Shown here piece after piece: positions 39,620 through 48,345 of a stretch of DNA of 64,000 nucleotides (position 1 is the stretch's first letter; the number at the start of each line of letters is the position of its first letter). The DNA is taken from contig CBDDPU010000004.1 in the NCBI GenBank assembly GCA_965232435.1, positions 2,461,564-2,525,563 of the forward strand, in the 5' to 3' direction. The position numbers were made by a program, and so were the translations under genes. The stretch is from Dehalococcoidia bacterium. Its GTDB lineage: Bacteria; Chloroflexota; Dehalococcoidia; Lucifugimonadales; VXLM01. The notes under the pieces are model-generated. The model had not been told where the DNA came from and did not search any database. It was given only the letters and a program-made list of their open reading frames with translations.

Positions 39620-40540
39620 ATGAACCGAGAAGAACTTAAGCGGATCATTAGAGGCGTGTCGGTGGCCGTGCCGACACCCTTCGACAAGGACTACCGACTC
39701 GACTTAGCCGCGGCAACCGACCTCACCCAATGGTGGGTAAGCCAAGGACTCGGTGCGAGCGAGTCGATGATAAAGCTCTGCTCGGCATGGGGCCAAGGCC
39801 CCGATCTCTCCGATGACGAGTGGCCCCACCTCGTGCGGACCGTCGTCAACGCCGGCGGGCCGGGCGTGAATGTCATGTGCGGCCTCAAGTCCAAAGATAC
39901 CCTGCGCACGATCCAAGATGCCAAAATCGCCCAGGACATGGGCGCGAACAGCCTGCAAATCGAACTCCCATACAACCACGCCCCGAACCAAGACCAGTAC
40001 GTGAAGCACTTCACCATGATCTCAGACGCCATCGACATAGGAATCATGATTTACAACACGTACTGGTTCGGTGTCTCCCCGCTCGAACCGGAAACAATGC
40101 GCCGGCTCGAAGACGCCGAGCACGTTGCAGCCGTCAAGTGGAACTACCCCGACCCCGACGGTTATGACAAAATGAGAGAGTTCTCCGACACATTCAACGT
40201 CATCGACAACTCCGGCCAGCACGCGCGCTGCTTCAAGAACGGCGGCGCTGGAATCGTCAGCGCCTTCGCGCCTGCCTATCCCGCGCACGATCTCAAGGTG
40301 GCAGAACTCCTAGCCCAAGGTGAGTACGACAAGGCCGAGGCCATGACCGACGCCGAGGATGAAGCGCTCGGCCCCGTGCGCGCGATGATCTCCGCAAACG
40401 GCGGAGGCTATCGCATGGCCAAGGGGATGATGGACATCGTCGGGCGGCCCACAGGCCCTCCCCGACTGCCCACGGAACCCCTGAACGACGAAGAATTGAC
40501 GGCGTTGCGGGCAGCCATGGAGAAGCTCGGCTGGGTGTAG
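39620..40540 (+). CDS. DapA/NanA-like class I aldolase, paralog 3
   Basis: Start MNREEL after GGAGGAG. VPTPFD, AWGQG, IMIYN, AAVKW, GPPRLP. Confidence 0.88.
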   Translation: MNREELKRIIRGVSVAVPTPFDKDYRLDLAAATDLTQWWVSQGLGASESMIKLCSAWGQGPDLSDDEWPHLVRTVVNAGGPGVNVMCGLKSKDTLRTIQDAKIAQDMGANSLQIELPYNHAPNQDQYVKHFTMISDAIDIGIMIYNTYWFGVSPLEPETMRRLEDAEHVAAVKWNYPDPDGYDKMREFSDTFNVIDNSGQHARCFKNGGAGIVSAFAPAYPAHDLKVAELLAQGEYDKAEAMTDAEDEALGPVRAMISANGGGYRMAKGMMDIVGRPTGPPRLPTEPLNDEELTALRAAMEKLGWV

Positions 40541-40598
40541 CAAGTGTCCGATCGAGTGTTGGATTCCATCACTCAATCTTCAGCGAGACGCTGGGGCC

Positions 40599-40628
40599 TT
40601 GAATAATAGTTCCGAGAATGGTACTATT
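40599..40628 (+). promoter_or_regulatory. Promoter with overlapping palindromic operator for the TA pair
   Basis: TTGAAT, 17-nt spacer, TACTAT with TGn extension. AATAGTTCC-N6-GGTACTATT inverted repeat (one mismatch). Confidence 0.65.
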
Positions 40629-40645
40629 CTACTGCGGACTCGGCC

Positions 40646-40930
40646 ATGATACGGTTTCGGGACTACCGTGGTGTCGAGATATTGCTGAGCGATGCGGTAC
40701 TCTTCGATCACATTCTCACTGACCACCCGGAGCCGGTCGATTATGTTCGCGAGATCGGAAAAGCACTGGAGACTCCCGTAGTCCCGGCGTTTCCTGACCC
40801 GCGAAGGCCGAATGGCCTACGGTACTACTGATGGGTCGAGGACTTTGGGATGTACATTCGAGTGGCCGTCAAGATGCTGGATGACGAGGCGTGGGTCTCA
40901 ACCGCGTTCCTGACTGACAAGCTTGTGTGA
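40646..40930 (+). pseudogene. RelE-superfamily-like toxin with in-frame TGA at 40829-40831
   Basis: HILTDHPE...RYY*WVEDFGMYIRVAVKMLDDEAWVSTAFLTDKLV*. The frame continues to 94 codons, ending 9 nt before the partner gene. Confidence 0.72.
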
Positions 40931-40939
40931 GGCGAGACA

Positions 40940-41368
40940 ATGGAGAATCGCAGAATAGCCGTTTGGTACGATGAAGAGAACGACACGCTCCACATCCGTT
41001 GGAAGGATGGCGGGGGCTACTACTCGCCGACGAGTGACGATCGCGTGCTTGAGCGCGTGTCGGAGGACGGCATCGAATCGTTCGGATTCATGATTGAGAG
41101 CATGCACTCACTGACGAGGGACGACAAAGCCGAAGTCGATATCGGAGTCGGCGCGACGGGCGAGGTTAAAAACCTGAGTGTAGAGATGGCTGCAAACCAA
41201 CTCAACGTTACCCCGCGCTATATTCGTAAATTATGCCAGGCCGGAAGAGTGCGCGGGGCGAAGCGTCTCGGACACAGCTGGGTTATTCCCGTGCCAATTA
41301 ACATCGCCAAAGGGAGCCGAGGCAGGCTGGGCGTCGCAGGACTCTCCCAAACACCACATCCCAGATAA
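40940..41368 (+). CDS. DUF2283-like antitoxin fused to a helix-turn-helix (excisionase/HTH_17-like) domain
   Basis: VWYDEENDTLHIRW...FGFMIE, then LSVEMAANQLNVTPRYIRKLCQAGRVRGAKRLGHSWVIP. Confidence 0.8.
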   Translation: MENRRIAVWYDEENDTLHIRWKDGGGYYSPTSDDRVLERVSEDGIESFGFMIESMHSLTRDDKAEVDIGVGATGEVKNLSVEMAANQLNVTPRYIRKLCQAGRVRGAKRLGHSWVIPVPINIAKGSRGRLGVAGLSQTPHPR

Positions 41369-41486
41369 TTCCCTTGTTAACCAGGCTCAGACTCTCTTAT
41401 CGACAAGAATGTGGCGGGCAGCCATGGAGAAGCTCGACTGGGTGTAGGATGGGGGCCGGCCTTAAGGAAAACTTCCCCGCCGCTCG

Positions 41487-41924
41487 CTAACAGCCCCCGG
41501 CCAGCCCCCGAAGCACGCACGCCCGGTGTGACCGCTTCGCCGATATCCGATCGAATGCGCGGGGAACATCCGCCAGCAGGGCGCGCGAGGAGTCGGCGGC
41601 AGCACGATAGAAGGCGATGATCGTTTCCTCATTGGAAACCAACCCTCTGGCGACTTGACCGCGTGAATCGGGAAAATCAACATTGATCTCGTAATCCGCG
41701 GTGTCAATGCCTTCAAAAGCAAACTGCGTGTCGAGCGCGTCACTCACCACCCCTAGGTACGCGCGATCAATCATCCCTACGTTGCGCTTATTCTCCCGGA
41801 TGAACGGAGCGAGAGCCGACTGCCATTCGGGATATCGTTCCAAAACGCGCTCGTACAGTTCCCTTGACTCATCTTCGAGCCGCTTCGCGAACCTGACGGC
41901 TGCCGACGCAGTACTCAGCTTCAC
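41487..41924 (-). CDS. Hypothetical ferritin/rubrerythrin-like helical protein
   Basis: FAKRLEDESRELYE and NEETIIAFY helical pattern; directly abuts the aldehyde dehydrogenase stop. Confidence 0.65.
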   Translation of the reverse strand: MKLSTASAAVRFAKRLEDESRELYERVLERYPEWQSALAPFIRENKRNVGMIDRAYLGVVSDALDTQFAFEGIDTADYEINVDFPDSRGQVARGLVSNEETIIAFYRAAADSSRALLADVPRAFDRISAKRSHRACVLRGLAGGC

Positions 41925-43409
41925 CTAGAGCCACCTCTGCACGACGACTTTGCCCTCGGTGAAAAAGCGGACGGCGTCAGGCCCCTGACCGTGAAGTGTC
42001 CCGAAAAACGATTCCTTCATGCCGCCAAACGGGAAAAATGCCATCGGAGCGGCAATGCCGATGTTGACGCCGATGTTCCCCGCCTGCGTGTTGTACTGGA
42101 ACTCGCGCGCGTTCCTGCCGCTCGTAGTGAAGATGCACGCCGAATTGCCATAGGGATTCGTGTGAATCGTGTCGATGGCCTGCTCCAGCGTCCCCGCCCG
42201 GAGCACCGACATAACCGGCCCGAATATCTCTTCCCGTCCGATAACCATGTCGGGCTGGACGTCCTCGAATATGGACGGATTCAAAAAGCACGTCTCCGGA
42301 TACTCGCCGACGAGGTTAAGTGTGCGACCGTCTAGTCGGAGCCGAGCCCCCTCATCCACTCCTCGCTCAATATATCCCAGCGCCCGATGCTTTCCATCCG
42401 GCGATTGCATCGGGCCCATCTGCACCGATTCGTCCAATCCGTAGCCCACGCGGATACGCGCGCTCGCTTCTGATAGGTCGTCCATGAAGGAATCATAGAA
42501 TCCATCGTCGCCAACGATGAGAAGGTTAGCTCCCGAAAGGCACCGCTGGCCCGCATTGCCGTAGAACGAGGTCAACAGCGCCGGAATCGTGGCGCGCGGG
42601 TTGGCATCCGGCATGACCACGACGTAATTCTTCGCCCCGCCTTGCGCTATCGCCCGCTTCCCCGCCGCGCCGGCCCGCTTGTACACCTCTCGCGCTACCG
42701 GTGTCGAACCCACGAACGCAACCCCTTCAACATCGGCGTGATCAATCAGCGCGTTGGCCGCATCCGTGCCGCCATTGACGACCTGCCAAACACCGGGCGG
42801 AAAATCCGCCTCATCGACGAGCTCGGCGATCTTCGTCTGGCTGATCGGATCTCTCGGAGACGGCTTGACGATAACGCAGTTGCCGGTCGCGACTGCGTAA
42901 GGAGCGAACCACAGCGGCACCATGAAGGGAAAGTTGAACGGCGCGATTACCGCGAAAACTCCCACTGGCTGGCGTATCACGTATTCGTCGATGCCGCTGG
43001 CGATGTCTTCAAGATTGTACCCCATCATCAATGACGGAATGCCGGACGCTACTTCCACCTGCTCGATCCCCCGCCTCGTCTCACCGCGTGACTCATCAAT
43101 CGTCTTGCCGTGCTCGATAGTCTGGATGCGGCTCAACTCCTCAAAGTTCTCTTCCAGCAGTTCCCGGAGACGGTGCAGGTACCGGGCGCGAGTAACCGGA
43201 GGAGTGGAGCGCCACTCAGGAAATGCCTCTTTTGCCTCCAGCACGGCCTCGTTCACTTCATCGACCGTCGAAGTAGGAGCATGGGCGATGACCCGCTGCC
43301 TTGCCGGGTCCAGTATGTCGTGGTATTCCCCCGCCGACCTGACCCACTCACCGCCGATGTAGTTTTCAAGAACAATTGGATCGGCGATCGGCTCTTGCAG
43401 AATAGTCAT
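41925..43409 (-). CDS. mmsA: CoA-acylating methylmalonate-semialdehyde dehydrogenase
   Basis: APFNFPFMVPLW, AFVGST, QGGAKN, GNAGQRC, EEIFGPV, FFPFGGMKESFFGTLHGQG. Confidence 0.92.
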   Translation of the reverse strand: MTILQEPIADPIVLENYIGGEWVRSAGEYHDILDPARQRVIAHAPTSTVDEVNEAVLEAKEAFPEWRSTPPVTRARYLHRLRELLEENFEELSRIQTIEHGKTIDESRGETRRGIEQVEVASGIPSLMMGYNLEDIASGIDEYVIRQPVGVFAVIAPFNFPFMVPLWFAPYAVATGNCVIVKPSPRDPISQTKIAELVDEADFPPGVWQVVNGGTDAANALIDHADVEGVAFVGSTPVAREVYKRAGAAGKRAIAQGGAKNYVVVMPDANPRATIPALLTSFYGNAGQRCLSGANLLIVGDDGFYDSFMDDLSEASARIRVGYGLDESVQMGPMQSPDGKHRALGYIERGVDEGARLRLDGRTLNLVGEYPETCFLNPSIFEDVQPDMVIGREEIFGPVMSVLRAGTLEQAIDTIHTNPYGNSACIFTTSGRNAREFQYNTQAGNIGVNIGIAAPMAFFPFGGMKESFFGTLHGQGPDAVRFFTEGKVVVQRWL

Positions 43410-43613
43410 CTGACCTCCGAATACGTACGGACTGGCGACTCATTGTACTCGTTCGAACATTGGCTGGACAGAGAGGCGAAACGAATGGCTCCGGTTCTCA
43501 GAGGACTCTGCAAAACCGTCACTCCCGTACCTGACCAACCCTGTCCCTGTGAAAACGGGGAGCGGGAACCCGCCAAAGCGAGCGGGAACCCATACTATTC
43601 CCACATCAACCCT

Positions 43614-43642
43614 TTGACAAACAAGAACTTTTGTACTATCTT
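43614..43642 (+). promoter_or_regulatory. Sigma70 promoter with a LexA-box-like palindrome in the spacer
   Basis: TTGACA, 17-nt spacer, TATCTT. AGAACTTTTGTACT (43624-37) is one mismatch from AGAAC-N4-GTTCT. Confidence 0.55.
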
Positions 43643-43791
43643 AACTATAAGCGCTCACCCACCACACAACTTTACAATAACAAGAAGGAATGAACCAAAA
43701 TGCGACAGGGTGCGACAAATTCCGATAAAGAACTCTCCCACATGCAGGCCTTCACAATTCTCCATCTCCCTTCCGGCGTCGGGGCCTCCCC

Positions 43792-43866
43792 CGTCACACC
43801 GACGAAGGCCGGTATCCAGAAACGCCAGGGCGAGTGTACCCCTCTCCCGTCGCTGGAAAGGGCTAG
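43792..43866. repeat. Degenerate copies of both palindromic repeat families
   Basis: CGTCACACCGACGAAGGCCGGTATCCAG and CCCCTCTCCCGTCGCTGGAAAGGGCTAG. Confidence 0.7.
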
Positions 43867-43969
43867 AACCTGTCTGATCCTGTCAAAGGAGTGTGGGCAC
43901 CTCCATTCCCTCGCAAATGGGAACAACGGGCGGGGAACGTGAATGAAGGCAACTGCCATGAGAATGGAC

Positions 43970-44364
43970 ACGCAAGGCCGCCTGTAAGCCGAGTTCTGTC
44001 CCCCGCGTTCGATTGGTTTACGCCCCTCAAGGCTTCTTCCCGATGGAACACGCGGTGGCGACCATCTATCTAGCCCTCTCGTTGCCGAGAGGGTCGAGCG
44101 GCCAACCCGAGGACAGGCTGGGCGCCTTTTGTCCCTCTATTTGGCCTTGCACCGGATGGGGTTTGCCGTGCCCTCGATGTTGCCACCGAGGCGGTGAGCT
44201 CTTACCTCGCCTTTTCACCCTTATCCCCTCTTCATGGAGGACGGTTTGTTTTCTGTGGCACTTTCCGTCGAGTCACCCCGCCCCGCCGTTAGCGGGCATC
44301 CTGCCCAGTGGTGCTCGGACTTTCCTCCCCGACGAATCGGAGCAGCCGCCCGGCGACCTTGCGT
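43970..44364 (-). ncRNA. rnpB: RNase P RNA (type A)
   Basis: Minus strand has GAGGAAAGTCCGAGC, AGTGCCACAGAAA, GGGTGAAAAGGCGAGGTAAGAGC, GGCAAACCCC and ACAGAACTCGGCTTAC, with terminal pairing ACGCAAGGTCG/CGGCCTTGCGT. Confidence 0.97.
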
Positions 44365-44409
44365 CTCATAAGAAATAGGGATTTTGCGCCTTTCGCCGCG
44401 CAGCCTGTA

Positions 44410-45753
44410 TCACACCTCAATCTCGACCCTATCGTCCTGCACTATGATTCGTCCGACGTGCTCCCAAAGAAAATCCTTGCGGCTTTCAATGTCGAGCGAT
44501 GCCCAGTGGTCCAACGCAGTGATAACGTCGGACGGCTTCCCGCTGCGAGTCTCGCTTTTTCTCGCCAAGTCGAGCGCGGCGAGGTAATCCCCCACTTCGC
44601 GTATTCCTATCTCATTCTTCGCAGCCCGGCGCATGGCCCGCTTGAAGAGACGCTCGGCGTTCGAGACTCGCTCCCGCCGCAGGTTGGCAACTTCACGCCG
44701 GCGGTCGGCCGCGCCATCGTCCTCCAAAACTCCCGCCGCCCGAGCCAGTACCGTATATTTTACCTGCGTCAGAGCCTCCCGTTCGAGCTTGTCTTCCTTC
44801 CAAGTATGGTAATCACAGGTGCTCTGGTTGTTCTTCGACTGGCACTGATAATATCGGTATACGCCGGTGACTCGCCGCTTGTCGGTCTTACGGCGCCAGC
44901 TCTGCCGCCGGGTCACTCCCATCATCTTGTTCCCACAATACCCACAGTAGACGAACCCCGACAAGAGAAACGGCTCCGGCTTCATGATCCTCCCGGTCGG
45001 CCTGCGCGACCGAAGACGCTCCGATGCCTCATTGAACACTTCCCTGGAAATTATCGCCTCGTGCATACCCGGTCGGCGAAGGCCGAACCGCTCGTACGTG
45101 CCAATGTACGAGCGATTGCGGATGATGTCTCGAATGCTGACAACGTTCCAATTGCCGCCGCGGCGTGTCTTAATTCCCCGCTCGTTCAGTTCTTGCGCGA
45201 TCAGCCGAAATCCAAGCTCGTCCCGTGTGTACAGACGAAAGATCAATTCGACGACCCTAGCCTCCTCCGGCACAATCTCTAAATTGCCGTCCTGCCCCGC
45301 CCGGTAGCCGTAAAGGACTCTTCCAAGCACGTTCCCTTCAAGCGCCCGCGCCTCCATCGCCTCTTTGACCTTGCGCGATCTCGTAATAGAGATGCCGGCG
45401 ATCCCAGAAGTGTTGTAGATGTTCTGGAACGGATCGGGATATTCGTCATCCCAGCATTTTATTTCCGCCCCCTGACGATCCAGTTCGACGATTGAACGCG
45501 CGATCGATTCAAGATCACTGCCCAGATGGGAAGCGTCCGGCGACGTAACGAGAAACTCGCTGTCGGAAGACTCCAAGAATTCCAACATTTGCTGAAAGGA
45601 GGCATCGGCAATCCCGACTCTGGGCCCCTCCGTGAAGAACTCTCGGTAAGGCTGGTGCATGTTGTACGTGCAGAAGCGTTTGAAATCGTGCCGCATCGAC
45701 GCCAAAGCGTCCGGCGTTGGATCGGGGAGTCGAAAGAATGCGATAGCCCTCAA
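44410..45753 (-). CDS. Large serine recombinase-family protein with degenerate catalytic domain
   Basis: YGY...IVPEEARVVELIF, IAQELNERGIKTRRG, IIRNRSYIG, HEAIISREVF, LLSGFVYCGYCG...YYQC and a coiled coil. N-terminal AFFRLPD stands where YxRVS is expected. Confidence 0.9.
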   Translation of the reverse strand: MRAIAFFRLPDPTPDALASMRHDFKRFCTYNMHQPYREFFTEGPRVGIADASFQQMLEFLESSDSEFLVTSPDASHLGSDLESIARSIVELDRQGAEIKCWDDEYPDPFQNIYNTSGIAGISITRSRKVKEAMEARALEGNVLGRVLYGYRAGQDGNLEIVPEEARVVELIFRLYTRDELGFRLIAQELNERGIKTRRGGNWNVVSIRDIIRNRSYIGTYERFGLRRPGMHEAIISREVFNEASERLRSRRPTGRIMKPEPFLLSGFVYCGYCGNKMMGVTRRQSWRRKTDKRRVTGVYRYYQCQSKNNQSTCDYHTWKEDKLEREALTQVKYTVLARAAGVLEDDGAADRRREVANLRRERVSNAERLFKRAMRRAAKNEIGIREVGDYLAALDLARKSETRSGKPSDVITALDHWASLDIESRKDFLWEHVGRIIVQDDRVEIEV

Positions 45754-45763
45754 CTCGACGACC

Positions 45764-46465
45764 TCACTGAAAATATAGGATGCGGTGGCACGAACTGCAC
45801 TGCATCGGCACGACGGCAGACCGGATCCGCTGCTGTTCGGAAGTACTGAGCGTCATCCTACACCCGGAACACATCCCGCGTTCCACTTTTACAATGGCTG
45901 TCCCGCCCCGGCTTCTTCTCAAGGAATCATACTTATGCAAGACCGGGCCGGTAACCGAAACCCTGATTTCGTCGCGGCGGGGCATCAGACTATCCAACGA
46001 GGCTTGTGTTTCCTCTGCCCTCACGGTCAACTGAGCTACTTCTATGCTTCGGCGATCCTCCAAATGTTTGGCGACTTGGCGTCCCTTGGCCAGAAGATCG
46101 TCCACTTCCTCGGCCTTTACCATTGCCTCGAGCAGTCGGTCTTCGTTCTCGGCGATGTCCTGCTCCGTAGACGCCCGTTCGTCCTCAGCCGCCTCCATCT
46201 CCTTCACGCTCTTGATCGATCCGCTGTACATACGCTCCTGACTGCGGGCAAGTCGCGTCTGAAGATCCTCTATGGCGCGATCTATCGACCTGCGATAAGC
46301 CGCCAACTGCTCCGCGTGACTCTCCAATGCGGCGACTCGCCGCCTCGCCTCGGCCACGACCGAATCATCCGCTAACTGCGACTCCAATTCGCCGAGTGTC
46401 TCGTTCAACTCGTCTATCTGATGATCGAGTTCTTGAAGCCGATACAGTTGTCGAAGCTCGGTCAT
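45764..46465 (-). CDS. C4-type zinc-ribbon coiled-coil protein (DUF164, CdsZ/HP0958-like)
   Basis: LYRLQELD, long coiled coil, CSGCRM...CSSCHRILY. Confidence 0.92.
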   Translation of the reverse strand: MTELRQLYRLQELDHQIDELNETLGELESQLADDSVVAEARRRVAALESHAEQLAAYRRSIDRAIEDLQTRLARSQERMYSGSIKSVKEMEAAEDERASTEQDIAENEDRLLEAMVKAEEVDDLLAKGRQVAKHLEDRRSIEVAQLTVRAEETQASLDSLMPRRDEIRVSVTGPVLHKYDSLRRSRGGTAIVKVERGMCSGCRMTLSTSEQQRIRSAVVPMQCSSCHRILYFQ

Positions 46466-46689
46466 AAAAGCAAAACCCCACAGAATCACCACGCATTAGC
46501 CGTGTCCCGCCGCCGCCCAGCGCAGTAACCTTAGTATATCGCGGACATGAAGAATTGCCTATCAGAGCACATATCTCTCCGTTCGGAAATCCTCGCTCTC
46601 GCCAAACGCCGTTCAGTCTTAGCAAGATGAACACCCTCCCACTCAGGGCAGCCGCGTACCGAGTTGCCGGTACGCCCGCAAAGTCTTTC

Positions 46690-46721
46690 CGCCCCCCGTA
46701 CTCCGACACGGGGGCGCTTTT
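46690..46721 (+). terminator. Intrinsic terminator-like hairpin in the divergent intergenic region
   Basis: CGCCCCCCGT...ACGGGGGCG followed by CTTTT. Confidence 0.45.
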
Positions 46722-46902
46722 GCATAACCGTCTCCCTTGCACGGAAACGACGGCGGAGTCCGAGCATGTATATGCCCCTGTCGTTATCATGGAGGTTTCT
46801 CACGGACTCTGAACAGCTACTTCGTTAACAATCCGTTAGAATACCCCCAACTTAGACACGCGCCGACTGCGGGATAGTTGATACCGTAAAGACCGGCAAA
46901 CA

Positions 46903-48330
46903 ATGATCCACACCAGACCAAAAACAAAAATCGTCTGCACTCTGGGACCCTCCACTTCTTCGGCCAACGTGATCCGGAGCCTCGTTGAGGAGGGCATGAG
47001 CGTCGCCCGCCTCAACATGTCGCACGGCACACCGCAGGAGCACGCGGAAAAGTTCAAAATGATCCGCGAAGCATCCGAGGAAACCGGCGTTCCCGTAGCA
47101 GTCATGGTCGATGTTCCAGGTCCAAAATACCGCACGGGCCCGGTAGAAACCGGGGCGATCAACCTCGAACCAGGCCAGAATCTCACCCTGACCAGCCGAA
47201 CGGTTGTTGGAAATAGCCATACCGTCTCCGTTTCACCACCCGGAATCCACCTTGACGCGAAAGCAGACTCCCCACTCCTCCTGGATGATGGACTCATGGA
47301 GTTAGCCGTACACCGAGTGGACGGTATGGACGTTCACTGCAAAGTAATTCGAGGCGGTAGACTAACGGAGAAACGCGGCGTTGCCGTGCCCGGTAGAAAT
47401 CCCTCTCAATCCTTCCCGGGTGAACAGGCGCAGACCGCGCTGAAATTCGCCGCCAAACACCGGGCCGATTTTGTTGCCCTCTCGATGGTCTCTTCCGCGA
47501 ATGATGTGAACGCCGCTCGCGACATCCTCAAAGGGCACGGCCATGAACCCTTCGTCGTCGCAAAGATCGAGATGGCCGGAAGCGTCAAACATTTCTCGGA
47601 AATCCTCGACGCAAGCGACGGGATCATGGTCGCGCGAGGCGACATGGGCGTCGAGCTTCCCTTGGCCGAAGTGCCCATGATCCAAAAGAGACTCATCAGG
47701 CTGTGCAACGAGCGGGGCAAACCGGCCATCACCGCGACGCAAATGTTGGAATCAATGGTCAGGTCTCCCGTTCCAACTCGGGCCGAAGTCACGGATATCG
47801 CCAACGCCATTTTCGACGGCACGGATGCCATCATGCTCTCAGGGGAAACAGCTACCGGCGATTACCCGGTGGAAGCGGTTCGGTTCATGGCGGAGGCAGC
47901 GACGTTCACGGAAGCATATCTGCCCTACGACCGGCTGCTCGAAGAACGAAGGGAACATGCCGAAAACAAGGTGGACGACGCAATCGCCTATAACGCCTGC
48001 CACACCGCCCAGCAGCTAGGTTCAAAACTCATCGTTGCATTCACAGAATCGGGCGCTACTGCCACGAGGGTTTCCAAATACCGCCCGCAGGCATACATCG
48101 TAGCGCTCACGTCCACCGAACGAGTGCAGCGAAAGTTACTGCTTACTTGGGGAGCGATACCGTTTATCGTCCCTTCATTCAACCAAGTCGACGGCTTCTT
48201 CGAACTGGCCGAACAGTATGCGAAGGAATGGGCCGGTATGAGAAGTGGCCAACAGGTCGTCCTCGTTGCCGGGCTGCCGATCGGCGTTTCCGGCGGCACC
48301 AACCTGCTGCGCGTACTATCAGTGAGCTGA
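46903..48330 (+). CDS. pyk: Pyruvate kinase
   Basis: KTKIVCTLGP, RLNMSHG, AKIE, MVARGDMGVE, TATQMLESM, PTRAE, MLSGETA. Confidence 0.97.
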   Translation: MIHTRPKTKIVCTLGPSTSSANVIRSLVEEGMSVARLNMSHGTPQEHAEKFKMIREASEETGVPVAVMVDVPGPKYRTGPVETGAINLEPGQNLTLTSRTVVGNSHTVSVSPPGIHLDAKADSPLLLDDGLMELAVHRVDGMDVHCKVIRGGRLTEKRGVAVPGRNPSQSFPGEQAQTALKFAAKHRADFVALSMVSSANDVNAARDILKGHGHEPFVVAKIEMAGSVKHFSEILDASDGIMVARGDMGVELPLAEVPMIQKRLIRLCNERGKPAITATQMLESMVRSPVPTRAEVTDIANAIFDGTDAIMLSGETATGDYPVEAVRFMAEAATFTEAYLPYDRLLEERREHAENKVDDAIAYNACHTAQQLGSKLIVAFTESGATATRVSKYRPQAYIVALTSTERVQRKLLLTWGAIPFIVPSFNQVDGFFELAEQYAKEWAGMRSGQQVVLVAGLPIGVSGGTNLLRVLSVS

Positions 48331-48345
48331 CACCCCAACGCCTCT

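Larger units (their letters stand above)
40507..41447. mobile_element. ~0.9-kb toxin-antitoxin islet bounded by 34-bp direct repeats
   Basis: GCGGGCAGCCATGGAGAAGCTCG(G/A)CTGGGTGTAG at 40507-40540 and 41414-41447 (33/34 identical). Confidence 0.75.

Noticed and set aside
36811-40540. Naming the aldolases dapA
   Set aside because: They lack the GTTGE motif and have no lysine-pathway context.
40829-40831. Selenocysteine readthrough of the in-frame TGA
   Set aside because: No redox Cys context in a RelE-like protein and no evident SECIS hairpin; a nonsense mutation is simpler.
44013-44378. 121-aa ORF
   Set aside because: It is the antisense reading of RNase P RNA.
44410-45753. Active prophage or genomic island integrase at rnpB
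   Set aside because: Catalytic motifs are degenerate, flanking genes are housekeeping, and I saw no duplicated rnpB segment or phage genes.
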